Below are positions 1 to 10,901 of a stretch of DNA of 64,000 bases, piece by piece. Source of the stretch: an uncultured bacterium (GTDB lineage Bacteria > Chloroflexota > UBA5177 > JANWHV01); assembly GCA_963729625.1 (NCBI GenBank), contig CAVSOU010000010.1:64001-128000 (forward strand), in the 5' to 3' direction. The stretch's first letter is position 1. Each line of letters opens with the position of its first letter. Made by a program: the position numbers and the translations under genes. Below the pieces are notes generated by a model. That model had not been told where the DNA came from. It saw only the letters and a list, made by a program, of their open reading frames with translations, and made no database searches.

Positions 1-841
1 GCAGCACCGCCGACAGGAGGTCAAGCGCATCCTGCCCTGTCCACTGTAGATCGTCGAGGAGCAGAAGGGTGCCTGCCGGCCCGGCGACGTTGGCCAGGTA
101 CTGCGTGACCGCCCGGAACATGAGCCGTCGCTCCTGCTCAGGTGCGAGCTGCCAGTTGGGCAGCGGCTCTATGGGCCCATCTGCCAGCTCCGGCAGCAAC
201 CGCAACAGCCAGGCACATCCCTGCAGTGACGAGCGCTGTTGAGCAACCGACTGCGGGTGCAGGTCGCGCTCGAGCGCTTGCAGAAGCGGTGTATACGGCT
301 CTTGCCCGCCACGCCGGCTGCAGCCACCCTCCAGCACGTGCCAGCCCCGCCTCACGGCGAGGACACCGGCCTCCTGCAGCAGGCGCGACTTGCCGATGCC
401 TGGCTCGCCGGCCAGCATCAGTGCTACCAGCCCATCGCCGGCGAGGCAGCGCTCGATCAGGGACAGTTCCTCAGCCCGCCCAACCAACGGTGGCAGATCT
501 GCATTGCCCGCATGCACGGTGCTGCCGCCCGCGCCGCTTGGCACTGTCGTGATCGCCTCAATGTGCCTGGACGGCGCGAGCTGCGTAGCGCGCGCCGAGC
601 TGGCCGCCGGCGGGCGTGCTCTCGCCTCAAAGGCGTCGCGGTCCGGCCCGGCAAGCTCCAGCGCGGCCACCAGGCGTTGCACGGTATAGGCATGCGGCCG
701 CCGCTTCAGCCCACGCTCCAGATCGCTGATGGCGCGTGCACTCAACCGCGCCCGCTGGGCCAGTTCCTCCTGCGTGAGACCGGCGGCGGTTCGGTGTCGT
801 TGGAGCAATGCTGCCAGCGTGGAGGACGCCGGTGCGGCCAT
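1..841 (-). CDS. XRE-family HTH + AAA (P-loop) ATPase transcriptional regulator, partial (runs off window start)
   Basis: Manual translation from ATG at 841 (absent from ORF track): MAAPASSTLAALLQRHRTAAGLTQEELAQRARLSARAISDLERG (XRE HTH), LVGRAEEL, Walker A GEPGIGKS, Walker B LLLLDDLQW. Confidence 0.85.
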   Translation of the reverse strand, partial: MAAPASSTLAALLQRHRTAAGLTQEELAQRARLSARAISDLERGLKRRPHAYTVQRLVAALELAGPDRDAFEARARPPAASSARATQLAPSRHIEAITTVPSGAGGSTVHAGNADLPPLVGRAEELSLIERCLAGDGLVALMLAGEPGIGKSRLLQEAGVLAVRRGWHVLEGGCSRRGGQEPYTPLLQALERDLHPQSVAQQRSSLQGCAWLLRLLPELADGPIEPLPNWQLAPEQERRLMFRAVTQYLANVAGPAGTLLLLDDLQWTGQDALDLLSAVL

Positions 842-1110
842 ACCAGTCCCTCGCCCATACGTGCAGGCCATGAAATGCACAGGCCGTTCAAGCGCGGCTA
901 CTAGCTAGCGTAGCACGCTGCTGCATTACAGCCCTCCGCACGAGCTGGTTCCGCCATACGCACTGCCAACGACTGGAAACCTGCCACACAAACGCCCACA
1001 CGATGCAAACGTGTGGCAGGTTTCGTGGATTGGACGGTGGCGGTGCAGCAGAGTTGCATCAGGTGTTTTCATGGCGTGCGCGCTCCTGCAAAGAAGGAGG
1101 TCAAGCGAAG

Positions 1111-2415
1111 ATGGTTTCGCGTAGCTCCCGTTTGCTCACGTCACTCGTGCTCTGGATCTGCGTTGTCCCTCGCAGCGCTCATCCTCTTGCCGCTGGCCCC
1201 TTCACATCGCCCACCCCACCAGCCATCCCGCAGGTCCGCGCGTCGATGACGCTCCCGCAGACTGCGCCATCGACCGACTGGCCCGACCGGCACCAAGACC
1301 TGCGTTTGCCGTCCGGCACACACGACGTGGACTATGGACTCCTCCCGCCGCAGACGATCCTTGGCGAGACGACACATTTCCCGTCACGGGTGGACCTTAG
1401 CCGCTACGCGCCCCCGGTGGGCGACCAGGGCTGGGTGAGCGACTGCGTGGCCTGGGCCACGATCTACACACTGGCTGGGTGGTACATCAACGAGCAGCAC
1501 GCCACCGTTGGCTACCTGGCACCGCTCTTCACCTACAGCCAGATCAACGGCCACCAGGACGAAGGCACCTGGGAGTCGCCCGTGCTCGCGGCGGTCCAGC
1601 ACGGCATGCTGCCGCTGGCCGACTATCCCCAGGGCAACTATGCCTGGCGCAGCCAGCCGACCGCCAGACAGCGCGCCTTGGCCCGGCATGTGACTCTCAC
1701 CGGAATCACCTACTACCCTGGTCAGGCACCACAGATCGGCGATCCACACGAGTGGGATACCAACCCAAATGCTGTGCGCAGCACCATCGAGACGGTCCTG
1801 GCCGCCGGCCACCCCGCACTGATCGGCCTCGCCGTCTACCCCAACCTCTACAACGCGACCGCCACGACCGCCTGGATCGCCCCCGTGGCGGCCGATGCTG
1901 CCGGCTCATTGGGGGGCCACGAACTTGTCGTGATGGGGTACGACAACGCCGGTGCCTGGGTCGAGAACTCCTGGGGCACCTCCTGGGGTTTGCATGGCTA
2001 CGCCGAAATATCCTGGCCCTATTTGGAGGCCGCGGTCAGCAGCATCATCTCCGTGGCCGCACTCCTCGTCACTGCCGCCCCTCCCACCATTCGCAGGCCT
2101 GCCACACCCACGATTACTGCTACCGTACTGCGCGACGGTGCGCCGCAGCCACGCACGGCTAGCCTGGTCGGCGGCGAGGAGGTCGTCTGGGCCGGCGCCG
2201 GCTTCAGGCCTAACGAAGCAGTCTCCCTGCACTGGGACGGCACCGACCACGGATACGTCACTGCCCTCCCGGACGGCACCTGGAGCCTGGAGTGGTACGA
2301 CCACCAGCAGCGTGCCGTCAGCGCACACAACATCCGGCCTGCCCCTGGCACGTACGTCCTTCGAGCCTGTGACGCGCGCGGCCCCTGCGCCAGCGTGGCG
2401 CTCAGGGCTGCGTGA
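1111..2415 (+). CDS. Secreted C1A (papain-family) cysteine peptidase with C-terminal beta-rich domain
   Basis: AAGGAGG SD before ATG 1111; hydrophobic N-terminus; DQGWVSDCVAWA (Gln/Cys), GGHELVVMGY (His), VENSWGTSWGLHGY (Asn). Confidence 0.85.
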   Translation: MVSRSSRLLTSLVLWICVVPRSAHPLAAGPFTSPTPPAIPQVRASMTLPQTAPSTDWPDRHQDLRLPSGTHDVDYGLLPPQTILGETTHFPSRVDLSRYAPPVGDQGWVSDCVAWATIYTLAGWYINEQHATVGYLAPLFTYSQINGHQDEGTWESPVLAAVQHGMLPLADYPQGNYAWRSQPTARQRALARHVTLTGITYYPGQAPQIGDPHEWDTNPNAVRSTIETVLAAGHPALIGLAVYPNLYNATATTAWIAPVAADAAGSLGGHELVVMGYDNAGAWVENSWGTSWGLHGYAEISWPYLEAAVSSIISVAALLVTAAPPTIRRPATPTITATVLRDGAPQPRTASLVGGEEVVWAGAGFRPNEAVSLHWDGTDHGYVTALPDGTWSLEWYDHQQRAVSAHNIRPAPGTYVLRACDARGPCASVALRAA

Positions 2416-2833
2416 CTGCAGCGACGTGCTCTGTCCCGCCTAGCAACTCGGCACATATCAGTGGTTGAGCGGCCCGGTTCCCGCAGCAACAGGTTACGTC
2501 CCGCGCACCGCTGTGTCCACCCAGGTGCCAGCCAGCAAGTTGTAGGCACCGGCTCACTGCAGTGGAAGAACGGCGTGCTGGAGCCCAAGGAGCAAAAGAG
2601 CGGCCGAGACCGTTTCGTCAAAGGGCGAAATCTGGCCTCCGCAGAATGGGGTATTCTCGGCTACGGTAACAAAACCAAGCGCGCCCGTTATGACACGATA
2701 TGCGCGCAAGAGGAACGAAACGGGAGGATAGGGCCTGATTGAGTTCTGTTACGCATTCTGTTACACGAACGGGGAGATATATGATTATAGGCGAATTAGG
2801 CGCGATATAGTGCATTTATCGTATGATAAGCAA

Positions 2834-2866
2834 GCTGAGCAATTGATTAAGAGTCAATTGCTCAGC
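2834..2866. repeat. 13-bp perfect inverted repeat in AT-rich intergenic region
   Basis: GCTGAGCAATTGA-ttaagag-TCAATTGCTCAGC between convergent peptidase and selA-like genes; terminator or protein-binding site. Confidence 0.7.
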
Positions 2867-2948
2867 CAATTGAGCTAGCGGCCCGCTTCACAAGGTACAT
2901 GGCGGCTGCACGGGGCGTCAAGACGGCCGAAACGGGCCGCTTTCCTTC

Positions 2949-4379
2949 TCAACCCGCTGTCAGCACCGCGCGCAAGGCCTCGACTACCGCCGTGTCCTGC
3001 GCGGGCAGGACAGTGCGTGGATCCAGCAGCACCGCGCCTTCGTCGACGCGCGTGAGTATCGGTGTCTGTGCGTGGCGCAGCTCAGTCATAATATGGGACG
3101 CCCAACCACGTGCCGTGCTGGCGGCGCGCAGGCTAAGCACACAAGTAGGTAACGTCTCGCCGAGGGAAACATTGCCGTTTAGTGAGGACAGGCCCGGCTG
3201 CACGCTGGCTTTGCACCCCGCTATGTTGTGGATCATGCTCAGCCAGGCAATCGCGCGCGCCTCAATGTCCGCTCGCGACGTCGCGATCATGCGCCAGATC
3301 GGAATCCTGTCCACCGCCTCGCCTCGGAGGTAGTGCAGAACCGTGGCGTGAAGGGCAGCGAGCGTTGTCTTGTCCACCCGCAGCGTGCGCATCAATGGGT
3401 GCCGGCGGGCGCGCGCGATGAAGTCGGCGCCTCCCACGACTATGCCGCTCTGCGGTCCACCCAGCAACTTGTCACCTGAGAAGCATACGACGTCTGCACC
3501 CGAGACTATACTGTCTTGCACCGTGGGCTCTCGGGCAAGACCGAAGGTGGTCACGTCGAGTATGCAACCGGATCCGATGTCGTCGATTACTGGGATGCCG
3601 TGGCGATGTCCGAGCGCCACCAGATCGGCAAGCGACACGGATTCGATGAAGCTCGAGTTGCGCAGCGTTGCCGAATTGATATTGAGGAGCACCGCTGTCT
3701 TGGGTGTGATCGCTTCGGCGTAGTCTCCGATACGCGTTCTGTTGGTTGTACCGACCTCGATCAGCTTCGCACCGCTCGTGCCGAGAATCGTTGAGATACG
3801 GAAGCCCCCACTGGTCTCCATTGCCTGACCGTGTGCGACAATCACATCGCGGCCACGAGCCAGCGCTGCGAGCATGAGCATGATCCCCGCGGCGTTTGTG
3901 TTTGTCACAAAGCCGTCGTCGGCCGTTGTGAGTTGGCTGAGCAATGGCGCCAGGAGAGTGTTTCGCGCGCTTCTCATGCCGCGATCGACGTCGAACTCGA
4001 TCGCGCTGTAGCCGCTCGCGACTCCGCTTATTGCTTCTATAGCCTCCTCGCTCAGCGGAGCCCGGCCGAGGTGGGGGTGGATGAGCACTCCAGTCGCGTT
4101 GACGACAGGTCCTGGGCTCAAGGAGAAACGCCTCTGCGCTTCGATCGACACCGACTTTGCGATCGCGCCGCTCGTCACATCCATGCCAGGCATTGAGCGA
4201 TGGCGCAGGTCGTCCAGACGTTCTCGCACGAGGCGTGCTACAGCGCTTTGCCCGTAGGCAGAGACGGCCTCCGCGAGTACGGCCTCTCTCAGCACAACGT
4301 CAGGCGACGGTAAGGTTCGTCTCCAATCCCCCGCCAGGCCGTGCCGAGCGCCTATCTCAGGTGGACGAGGAGGAGCGAT
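2949..4379 (-). CDS. selA: L-seryl-tRNA(Sec) selenium transferase-like PLP enzyme (divergent)
   Basis: VVNATGVLIHPHLGRAP, EVGTTNRT, DDIGSG, FSGDKLLGGPQSG, LRVDK, LLDPRT; frame open upstream of ORF-track GTG (4295) to an ATC at 4379 preceded by AGGAG; start uncertain. Confidence 0.8.
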   Translation of the reverse strand: MAPPRPPEIGARHGLAGDWRRTLPSPDVVLREAVLAEAVSAYGQSAVARLVRERLDDLRHRSMPGMDVTSGAIAKSVSIEAQRRFSLSPGPVVNATGVLIHPHLGRAPLSEEAIEAISGVASGYSAIEFDVDRGMRSARNTLLAPLLSQLTTADDGFVTNTNAAGIMLMLAALARGRDVIVAHGQAMETSGGFRISTILGTSGAKLIEVGTTNRTRIGDYAEAITPKTAVLLNINSATLRNSSFIESVSLADLVALGHRHGIPVIDDIGSGCILDVTTFGLAREPTVQDSIVSGADVVCFSGDKLLGGPQSGIVVGGADFIARARRHPLMRTLRVDKTTLAALHATVLHYLRGEAVDRIPIWRMIATSRADIEARAIAWLSMIHNIAGCKASVQPGLSSLNGNVSLGETLPTCVLSLRAASTARGWASHIMTELRHAQTPILTRVDEGAVLLDPRTVLPAQDTAVVEALRAVLTAG

Positions 4380-4391
4380 GGTGAACTCCTG

Positions 4392-4688
4392 CTAGATGAT
4401 GAACGACAGCACGATCATGATCACGAACAAGGAAGCAGCCAGGGTCGCTGTACGAAGTAAGTCTCCTCGCAGGTAGCTGTAGTCGATGGCAGGCAGACGC
4501 GACGTCAGCACGGCGTTTCCAGCGGATGTTCCGCGCAGCCTGCCGGCAAATCCACTGGTGGTCTGCGCGGTCGTCGGCGCTTCGTCAGCCAGCGGAAGAT
4601 ATTCTCGCCCCGTTGTTTCCCGTTTTCGCTGCTCACGGCGCGCGTGGGCTGCCGCGTAGCGCGATGACATGTCAGATCTCTTGGTCAC
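4392..4688 (-). CDS. Small hypothetical protein with C-terminal transmembrane helix
   Basis: 98 aa, basic N-terminus, DYSYLRGDLLR followed by a hydrophobic C-terminal segment; directly upstream of selA-like gene. Confidence 0.7.
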   Translation of the reverse strand: MTKRSDMSSRYAAAHARREQRKRETTGREYLPLADEAPTTAQTTSGFAGRLRGTSAGNAVLTSRLPAIDYSYLRGDLLRTATLAASLFVIMIVLSFII

Positions 4689-4855
4689 AGTTCGGCGCTC
4701 CTTGCGCTTCCAACACCCAGTCGACGCTCACGTCGTGCGCAACCAGGCAACTTGACGTCATTGGCCAGGCAAATGCTCCTGGTATGGTACCCGCGTGTCC
4801 GACGCGCTGCAACCGTATGTCGCACGAGATATGTGCGGTGAATCGCCGTAGTTCA

Positions 4856-5638
4856 TCACGCCAGCGCCGACGCGATGCAGATAAGCCTTTCGCTGTCGTC
4901 TTCGTATTGCGCAGCGTCATAGTCGCCGTACAGGTTTCGAATGCTGAAACCAGCCCTGTGCAACAAGTGCTCGAGCTCATAGCGATACGTGAGGCGTAGC
5001 TGCACTTCGGCGATCGATCGCAGGAGGGTCCCGCTGTCGCTAAGCTCGTCGAAGAATAGGGTCGTGTGTGTGAGCTGCTCCGACGGGGAAAGCACCGTGG
5101 TGCACCATAGTGTGACGGTGGCCGTCGGTTCCACAGGCAGCTTGCGGGTGAAGCGATGTTGCACTACTCCAATCGGCGTGTCACGCACTACGGCGTGTGG
5201 ATTGGCGAGGTCAAGCAGGAGCAGGCCGGCTGGGCGCAGGTGTCTATGCGCGCATTCGAGAGTCCGGAGCTGGTCCTTGATTGTGAGCAAGTGCATGAAC
5301 GTGTTCAGGCCGATCAGGACCAGATCGAATTGCTGGGGCAGGTCGAAGTCGCGCATGTCTCCCTCGACCAGGTTGACGCGGCCACCGTAGAAACCAAGTC
5401 GCCGTCTGGCGACGGACACCATTGCTGGTTCCCGGTCGAGTCCAACCACGCTGGCGCCCGCGTCGAGGAGAGGCAGTAACAGGCGCCCGGTACCGGAACC
5501 GAGTTCCAGCACCCTGGGTGAATCGCCCAGCATGCCAACGAACTCCTGCAAGAACCGTGTGTCATCCGAGAATTCGGCATGCATTATGTCGTAGAGATCG
5601 GGGCGCGCCGCGTACAGCTCGTGGGAGCCACTGTCCAT
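4856..5638 (-). CDS. Class I SAM-dependent methyltransferase
   Basis: VLELGSGTGR motif I, VGLD, GDMRDF, FDLV; start at MDSGSH after AAGGGG. Confidence 0.9.
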   Translation of the reverse strand: MDSGSHELYAARPDLYDIMHAEFSDDTRFLQEFVGMLGDSPRVLELGSGTGRLLLPLLDAGASVVGLDREPAMVSVARRRLGFYGGRVNLVEGDMRDFDLPQQFDLVLIGLNTFMHLLTIKDQLRTLECAHRHLRPAGLLLLDLANPHAVVRDTPIGVVQHRFTRKLPVEPTATVTLWCTTVLSPSEQLTHTTLFFDELSDSGTLLRSIAEVQLRLTYRYELEHLLHRAGFSIRNLYGDYDAAQYEDDSERLICIASALA

Positions 5639-5901
5639 GTCGACCCCTTTCCCGAATCCGCGACGTGCGCGCACGAGGTGTGACCGCTCCATGTATGAGC
5701 ACGTGAGTAAGATACCGTCCTTGCGAGTAGCCCCGTTCTTCCCGTAGCCTAGAAGTGACCGCGCTGCACGACGATGCCGCCGTGTTGCCCGATTGCAAGC
5801 GCACCCGCGGTGCCGCGCGAGACGCGCACGCACCAAGGTACGTCGATCCGTGGGCGAACGCACGCCGCGTCAGGGCGTCTATCGATCTCGCCGCGTGGCA
5901 G

Positions 5902-5907
5902 TATAAT
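5902..5907 (+). promoter_or_regulatory. Candidate sigma70 -10 box for PHP-pyrF-DUF951
   Basis: TATAAT in divergent intergenic region; no clear -35. Confidence 0.45.
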
Positions 5908-6034
5908 GGCCGGCCGACGGCTTGGCAACGGATCAGACGACGATTCCAGACGCACTGTCAAGCCCAGCCTCTGCACCAGGTGGCAGAACAGACGTCTGGT
6001 GACAGAATATGAATACGAGAATCAGGAGAGCAAC

Positions 6035-6694
6035 ATGCTTTACGACTTTCACTGCCATACGTACCTCAGCGACGGCGAGTTGTCGCCGGTCGAGTTGATT
6101 CGCACAGCATGTGTCAATGGCTATACGGCAATGGCCATCACCGACCACGCGGGAATCGGCTTCCTGGAAGATCGCTTCCGAGAGTTGCGCCGGGACATTC
6201 AGCTAGCCATGAAATACTGGCCAGTCGAGGTGTTTCTCGGAGTGGAACTCACGCACCTGCCGCCCGAGGCGATTGTTGAAGCAGCGCGTTCTGCCCGAGC
6301 CGCCGGCGCCCAGATCGTGGCCGTCCACGGTGAAACAATGGTAGAGCCTGTGCCGGCCGGCACGAACCTCGCCGCCCTGCGATGCGCTGAAGTAGACATC
6401 CTTGCGCACCCGGGGCTGCTCACCGAGGAGGAGGCCGTACTGGCTAGCACGCGCGACGTATTCGTGGAGATCTCGGCTCGTCGCGGGCACTCCTTAAGCA
6501 ATGGTCGAGTCGCCCAGCTCTGCCTGGCGGCCGGTGCTCGCCTGATCGTCGACTCGGATGGTCACGGCCCGGACGACCTTCTTACGGAAGCGAAGGCACG
6601 ATCGATCGCCCTTGGAGCAGGTGTGCCGGAAGCCTACTTGCAGGGCATCCTGGTCGAGCATCCGCAATACCTTGCGGCGCGAATTCGCCGATGA
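6035..6694 (+). CDS. PHP-domain phosphoesterase (histidinol-phosphatase-like)
   Basis: YDFHCHTYLSDG, ITDH, GVELTH, ILAHPG, DSDGH; AGGAG SD. Confidence 0.9.
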   Translation: MLYDFHCHTYLSDGELSPVELIRTACVNGYTAMAITDHAGIGFLEDRFRELRRDIQLAMKYWPVEVFLGVELTHLPPEAIVEAARSARAAGAQIVAVHGETMVEPVPAGTNLAALRCAEVDILAHPGLLTEEEAVLASTRDVFVEISARRGHSLSNGRVAQLCLAAGARLIVDSDGHGPDDLLTEAKARSIALGAGVPEAYLQGILVEHPQYLAARIRR

Positions 6695-7554
6695 GCGGCG
6701 GAGTGGTCCGGAGACCGTTTGTCGAATCCCTCGGCTCAGCGGCGGCATCGAGCGGCAGCTGCCTCTGCATCGGGCTCGATCCCGAGCCCGACCAACTGCC
6801 CAAGCATCTCGCCGGCGCGGCCGGTTTGGCGGCGTTTTGCCGCCAGATCGTGGAGGCGACTTCAGACCTGGTATGCGCCTACAAACCGAATGTCGCGTTC
6901 TTCGAGCGATTCGGGTCTCCGGGGTGGAAAGCGCTGGAGGCGGTGGTCGAGGCCGTGCCCGCGCACATCCCGGTAATAGTTGATGCCAAACGTAGCGATA
7001 TCGGCAACACGAGCAAGGCATATGCGGAGGCGATCTTTGACCACCTTGGCGCTGCCGCGTGCACGGTGAGTCCCTATCTTGGTCTGGATGCTGTCGAGCC
7101 GTTTCTCGAGCATCCTCGCGGGTTTGTCTTTGTACTCTGCCGGACCTCCAACCCAGGCGCGGCAGTCCTGCAGGACGCTATCGTCGATGGCGAGCCTCTC
7201 TACGCGCGGGTGGTGCGGCTGTTTCAGCCGGCAATCGAGGCGGGGAAAGCGGGACTTGTCGTGGGCGCACGTGAGCGGCAGGCCTTTGCCTGGGCAGCAC
7301 GGCTGGCGCCCGGTGCCACGCTTCTCGTGCCAGGTACCGGCGCACAGGGAGGCACATCGGGGGAACTGGGGCAGTCTCTCGACGAGGTGCAGCGGAGGCA
7401 CGTTGTGGTCAATGTGAGCCGCGCGATCATTCACGCATCTCAGGCAGGGGATTTTGCCCGGGTCGCGCGCTTTCGAGCGACTGAATTCAGAGACCAGCTT
7501 CGCATTGCCTTGGGTCTCCGACAGGCCAGCACAGATGCCACAGCCTCCAGTTGA
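6691..7554 (+). CDS. pyrF: Orotidine-5'-phosphate decarboxylase
   Basis: LCIGLDP, YKPNVAFFE, DAKRSDIGNT, LCRTSNPG, VPGTGAQGG. Confidence 0.95.
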   Translation: MSGGVVRRPFVESLGSAAASSGSCLCIGLDPEPDQLPKHLAGAAGLAAFCRQIVEATSDLVCAYKPNVAFFERFGSPGWKALEAVVEAVPAHIPVIVDAKRSDIGNTSKAYAEAIFDHLGAAACTVSPYLGLDAVEPFLEHPRGFVFVLCRTSNPGAAVLQDAIVDGEPLYARVVRLFQPAIEAGKAGLVVGARERQAFAWAARLAPGATLLVPGTGAQGGTSGELGQSLDEVQRRHVVVNVSRAIIHASQAGDFARVARFRATEFRDQLRIALGLRQASTDATASS

Positions 7555-7780
7555 CTTCCGGATCGGCGATCTGCTCAGGCTTCGGAAGCCCCATCCGTGC
7601 GGAGGCTACGAGTGGCGCGTGTATCGGCTAGGCGCTGACATCGGCATTCGCTGCGTGACCTGCGATCGCCACGTGATGATTGAGCGACGCGTGCTCGAGA
7701 AGCGCGTGAAGAAGACGTTGGAGCGGGGACAACCGACGCCGCTTCCTGGCGAGGGTATCAAATCGCTGCGCATCGAGTGA
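7535..7780 (+). CDS. DUF951-family protein
   Basis: GDLLRLRKPHPCGGYEWRVYRLGADIGIRCVTC. Confidence 0.9.
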   Translation: MPQPPVDFRIGDLLRLRKPHPCGGYEWRVYRLGADIGIRCVTCDRHVMIERRVLEKRVKKTLERGQPTPLPGEGIKSLRIE

Positions 7781-7939
7781 AAGTCTCGGCGACGCAACGC
7801 CACCAATGAACTCCCATAGCGCTCGAAAGAACGGGACTCCTACCAGAAGCAAGCTTGCTCCGAACCCGCACGAGATACGCGCGCGGCTGCATCCCGAGAG
7901 CGTGCCGGCCCTGAACTGAATCCGCGGACGGGCTGTGGC

Positions 7940-8392
7940 TCAGGGGCGCACGGTGGGAACTCTTCGTGTGCGGTATTGCTCGACCACTTTGAGGCGAGCA
8001 GTCGCTCGCATCAACGCAGCTTCGGCACGTGCGGCGTCGACGTTCGCCTCGCGCTGGGCCAATCGCTCCTGGGCGCGCTGGAGCGCGGCTTCAGCGCGTG
8101 AAACGTCGATGTTTTCGGCCGGTTCTGCGGCATTGGCGAGCACGATCGCCGCGCTGCCTTCATTCTCATTGCGTACCTCGAGGAAGCCTCCGGTGACTGC
8201 GAACACCTTCTCAGTCTGTCCTTGCTCGACTCGAAGCTCGCCCGGCTTCAGGGTTGTCACGAGGGGAATGTGACGCGCCTGGATGCCCAACTCACCCGCG
8301 CCGCCGGGCGCAATGATGAGGTCGGCCTCCTCGTCGAAAATCTGAGCATCGGCAGTCACGATGCGAAGATGCACCTTGTGGGCATGCGCCAT
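7940..8392 (-). CDS. atpC: ATP synthase epsilon subunit
   Basis: GELGIQARHIPLVTTLKPG, GGFLEV, IDVSRAEAA; last gene of atp operon. Confidence 0.95.
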   Translation of the reverse strand: MAHAHKVHLRIVTADAQIFDEEADLIIAPGGAGELGIQARHIPLVTTLKPGELRVEQGQTEKVFAVTGGFLEVRNENEGSAAIVLANAAEPAENIDVSRAEAALQRAQERLAQREANVDAARAEAALMRATARLKVVEQYRTRRVPTVRP

Positions 8393-8536
8393 GTCGGGTC
8401 CTCCGTAAGTGGGCCGGCCCACAGCATTTCCGGCAAATTTCTTCCGAAAGTACCATCGCTGCATCGTTGGGAGGGCCGGTCAAACTAGTCACCCCAGCCT
8501 TCAATGTGGTCGTCATGAAGGTGGCGGACGTCAACG

Positions 8537-9964
<1,428 letters not shown>

Positions 9965-10001
9965 TCATACTCTCCATCTCCATCACTCTGTCCACGTGCG
10001 G

Positions 10002-10850
10002 CTAGCTCAAGGCCGCCGCGCCCGCGGCAATCTCAGCGATTTCGCTCGTAATCGCAGCTTGGCGAGCCTTGTTCAACGCGAGTGTGAGGTCCTGAGTCAG
10101 CTCATTCGCGCTGTCAGTAGCGTTGCGCATGGCTACCATTTTGGCGCTTAGCTCGCTGGCCTTCGACTCCAGCAGTGCCTGGTACAGGCGCGTTACGACG
10201 TAGCGCGGAAGCAGCTCGGCCAGAACGGCGTTCTCGTCCGGCTCGTACAAGTAGCGTATCGGCGAGGCAACTTCCTCAGGCGGTATGACAGGCAAAAGCT
10301 GCTCGATCACCGCCTGCTGATTGAGCGTGCTGATAAACTTGGAGTACGCCAGCAGCACCAGGTCTACCTGTGATTCGCTATACACGTCGGTCACAATCTG
10401 GGCGGGCACCAGCACCTCGTTGACGGTTGGCGAGTCAGGGAGCCCGGTGTACTCGGCCAACAACGGAGTCGATGTGCGGCGCGCGAAATCGCGGGCCTTC
10501 CGGCCAATAGCGAGCATGGAGACTCCGCCACCCCTCGCCTGAACCTCGCGGCCGACTTTGCGATGAAGGTTGCTAATCAGCGAACCGCAAAGGCCTCGAT
10601 CTGGACACACCTCCACAATGAGTATCTTCTGCACCGGTCGCTCCGCGAGGAGGGGATGCCGCGGTCCGCCTTTCTGTGATGCAAGGCCCGACATGATCTG
10701 CCGCAACGCATCAGCATACGGGCGAGACTGGATGACACGGTTCTGAGCACCGCGCATCCGCGCCGCCGCGACCAACTGCATCGCCCTGGTGATCTTGGCG
10801 ATATTCTTGACGCTGCGGATGCGGCGCCTGATCTCGCGTGCCGTGGCCAC
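10002..10850 (-). CDS. atpG: ATP synthase gamma subunit
   Basis: KITRAMQLVAA, DRGLCG, NKARQAAITSEIAEI. Confidence 0.98.
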   Translation of the reverse strand: MATAREIRRRIRSVKNIAKITRAMQLVAAARMRGAQNRVIQSRPYADALRQIMSGLASQKGGPRHPLLAERPVQKILIVEVCPDRGLCGSLISNLHRKVGREVQARGGGVSMLAIGRKARDFARRTSTPLLAEYTGLPDSPTVNEVLVPAQIVTDVYSESQVDLVLLAYSKFISTLNQQAVIEQLLPVIPPEEVASPIRYLYEPDENAVLAELLPRYVVTRLYQALLESKASELSAKMVAMRNATDSANELTQDLTLALNKARQAAITSEIAEIAAGAAALS

Positions 10851-10901
10851 CTGTATTGTTCCCCCTTCTGCATTCGCCCCAACGGGGCTCGTGCCGAGAG
10901 C

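Noticed and set aside
142-904. Plus-strand ORFs 142-552 and 239-904
   Set aside because: Antisense shadows of the minus-strand XRE-AAA gene, which has clear motifs.
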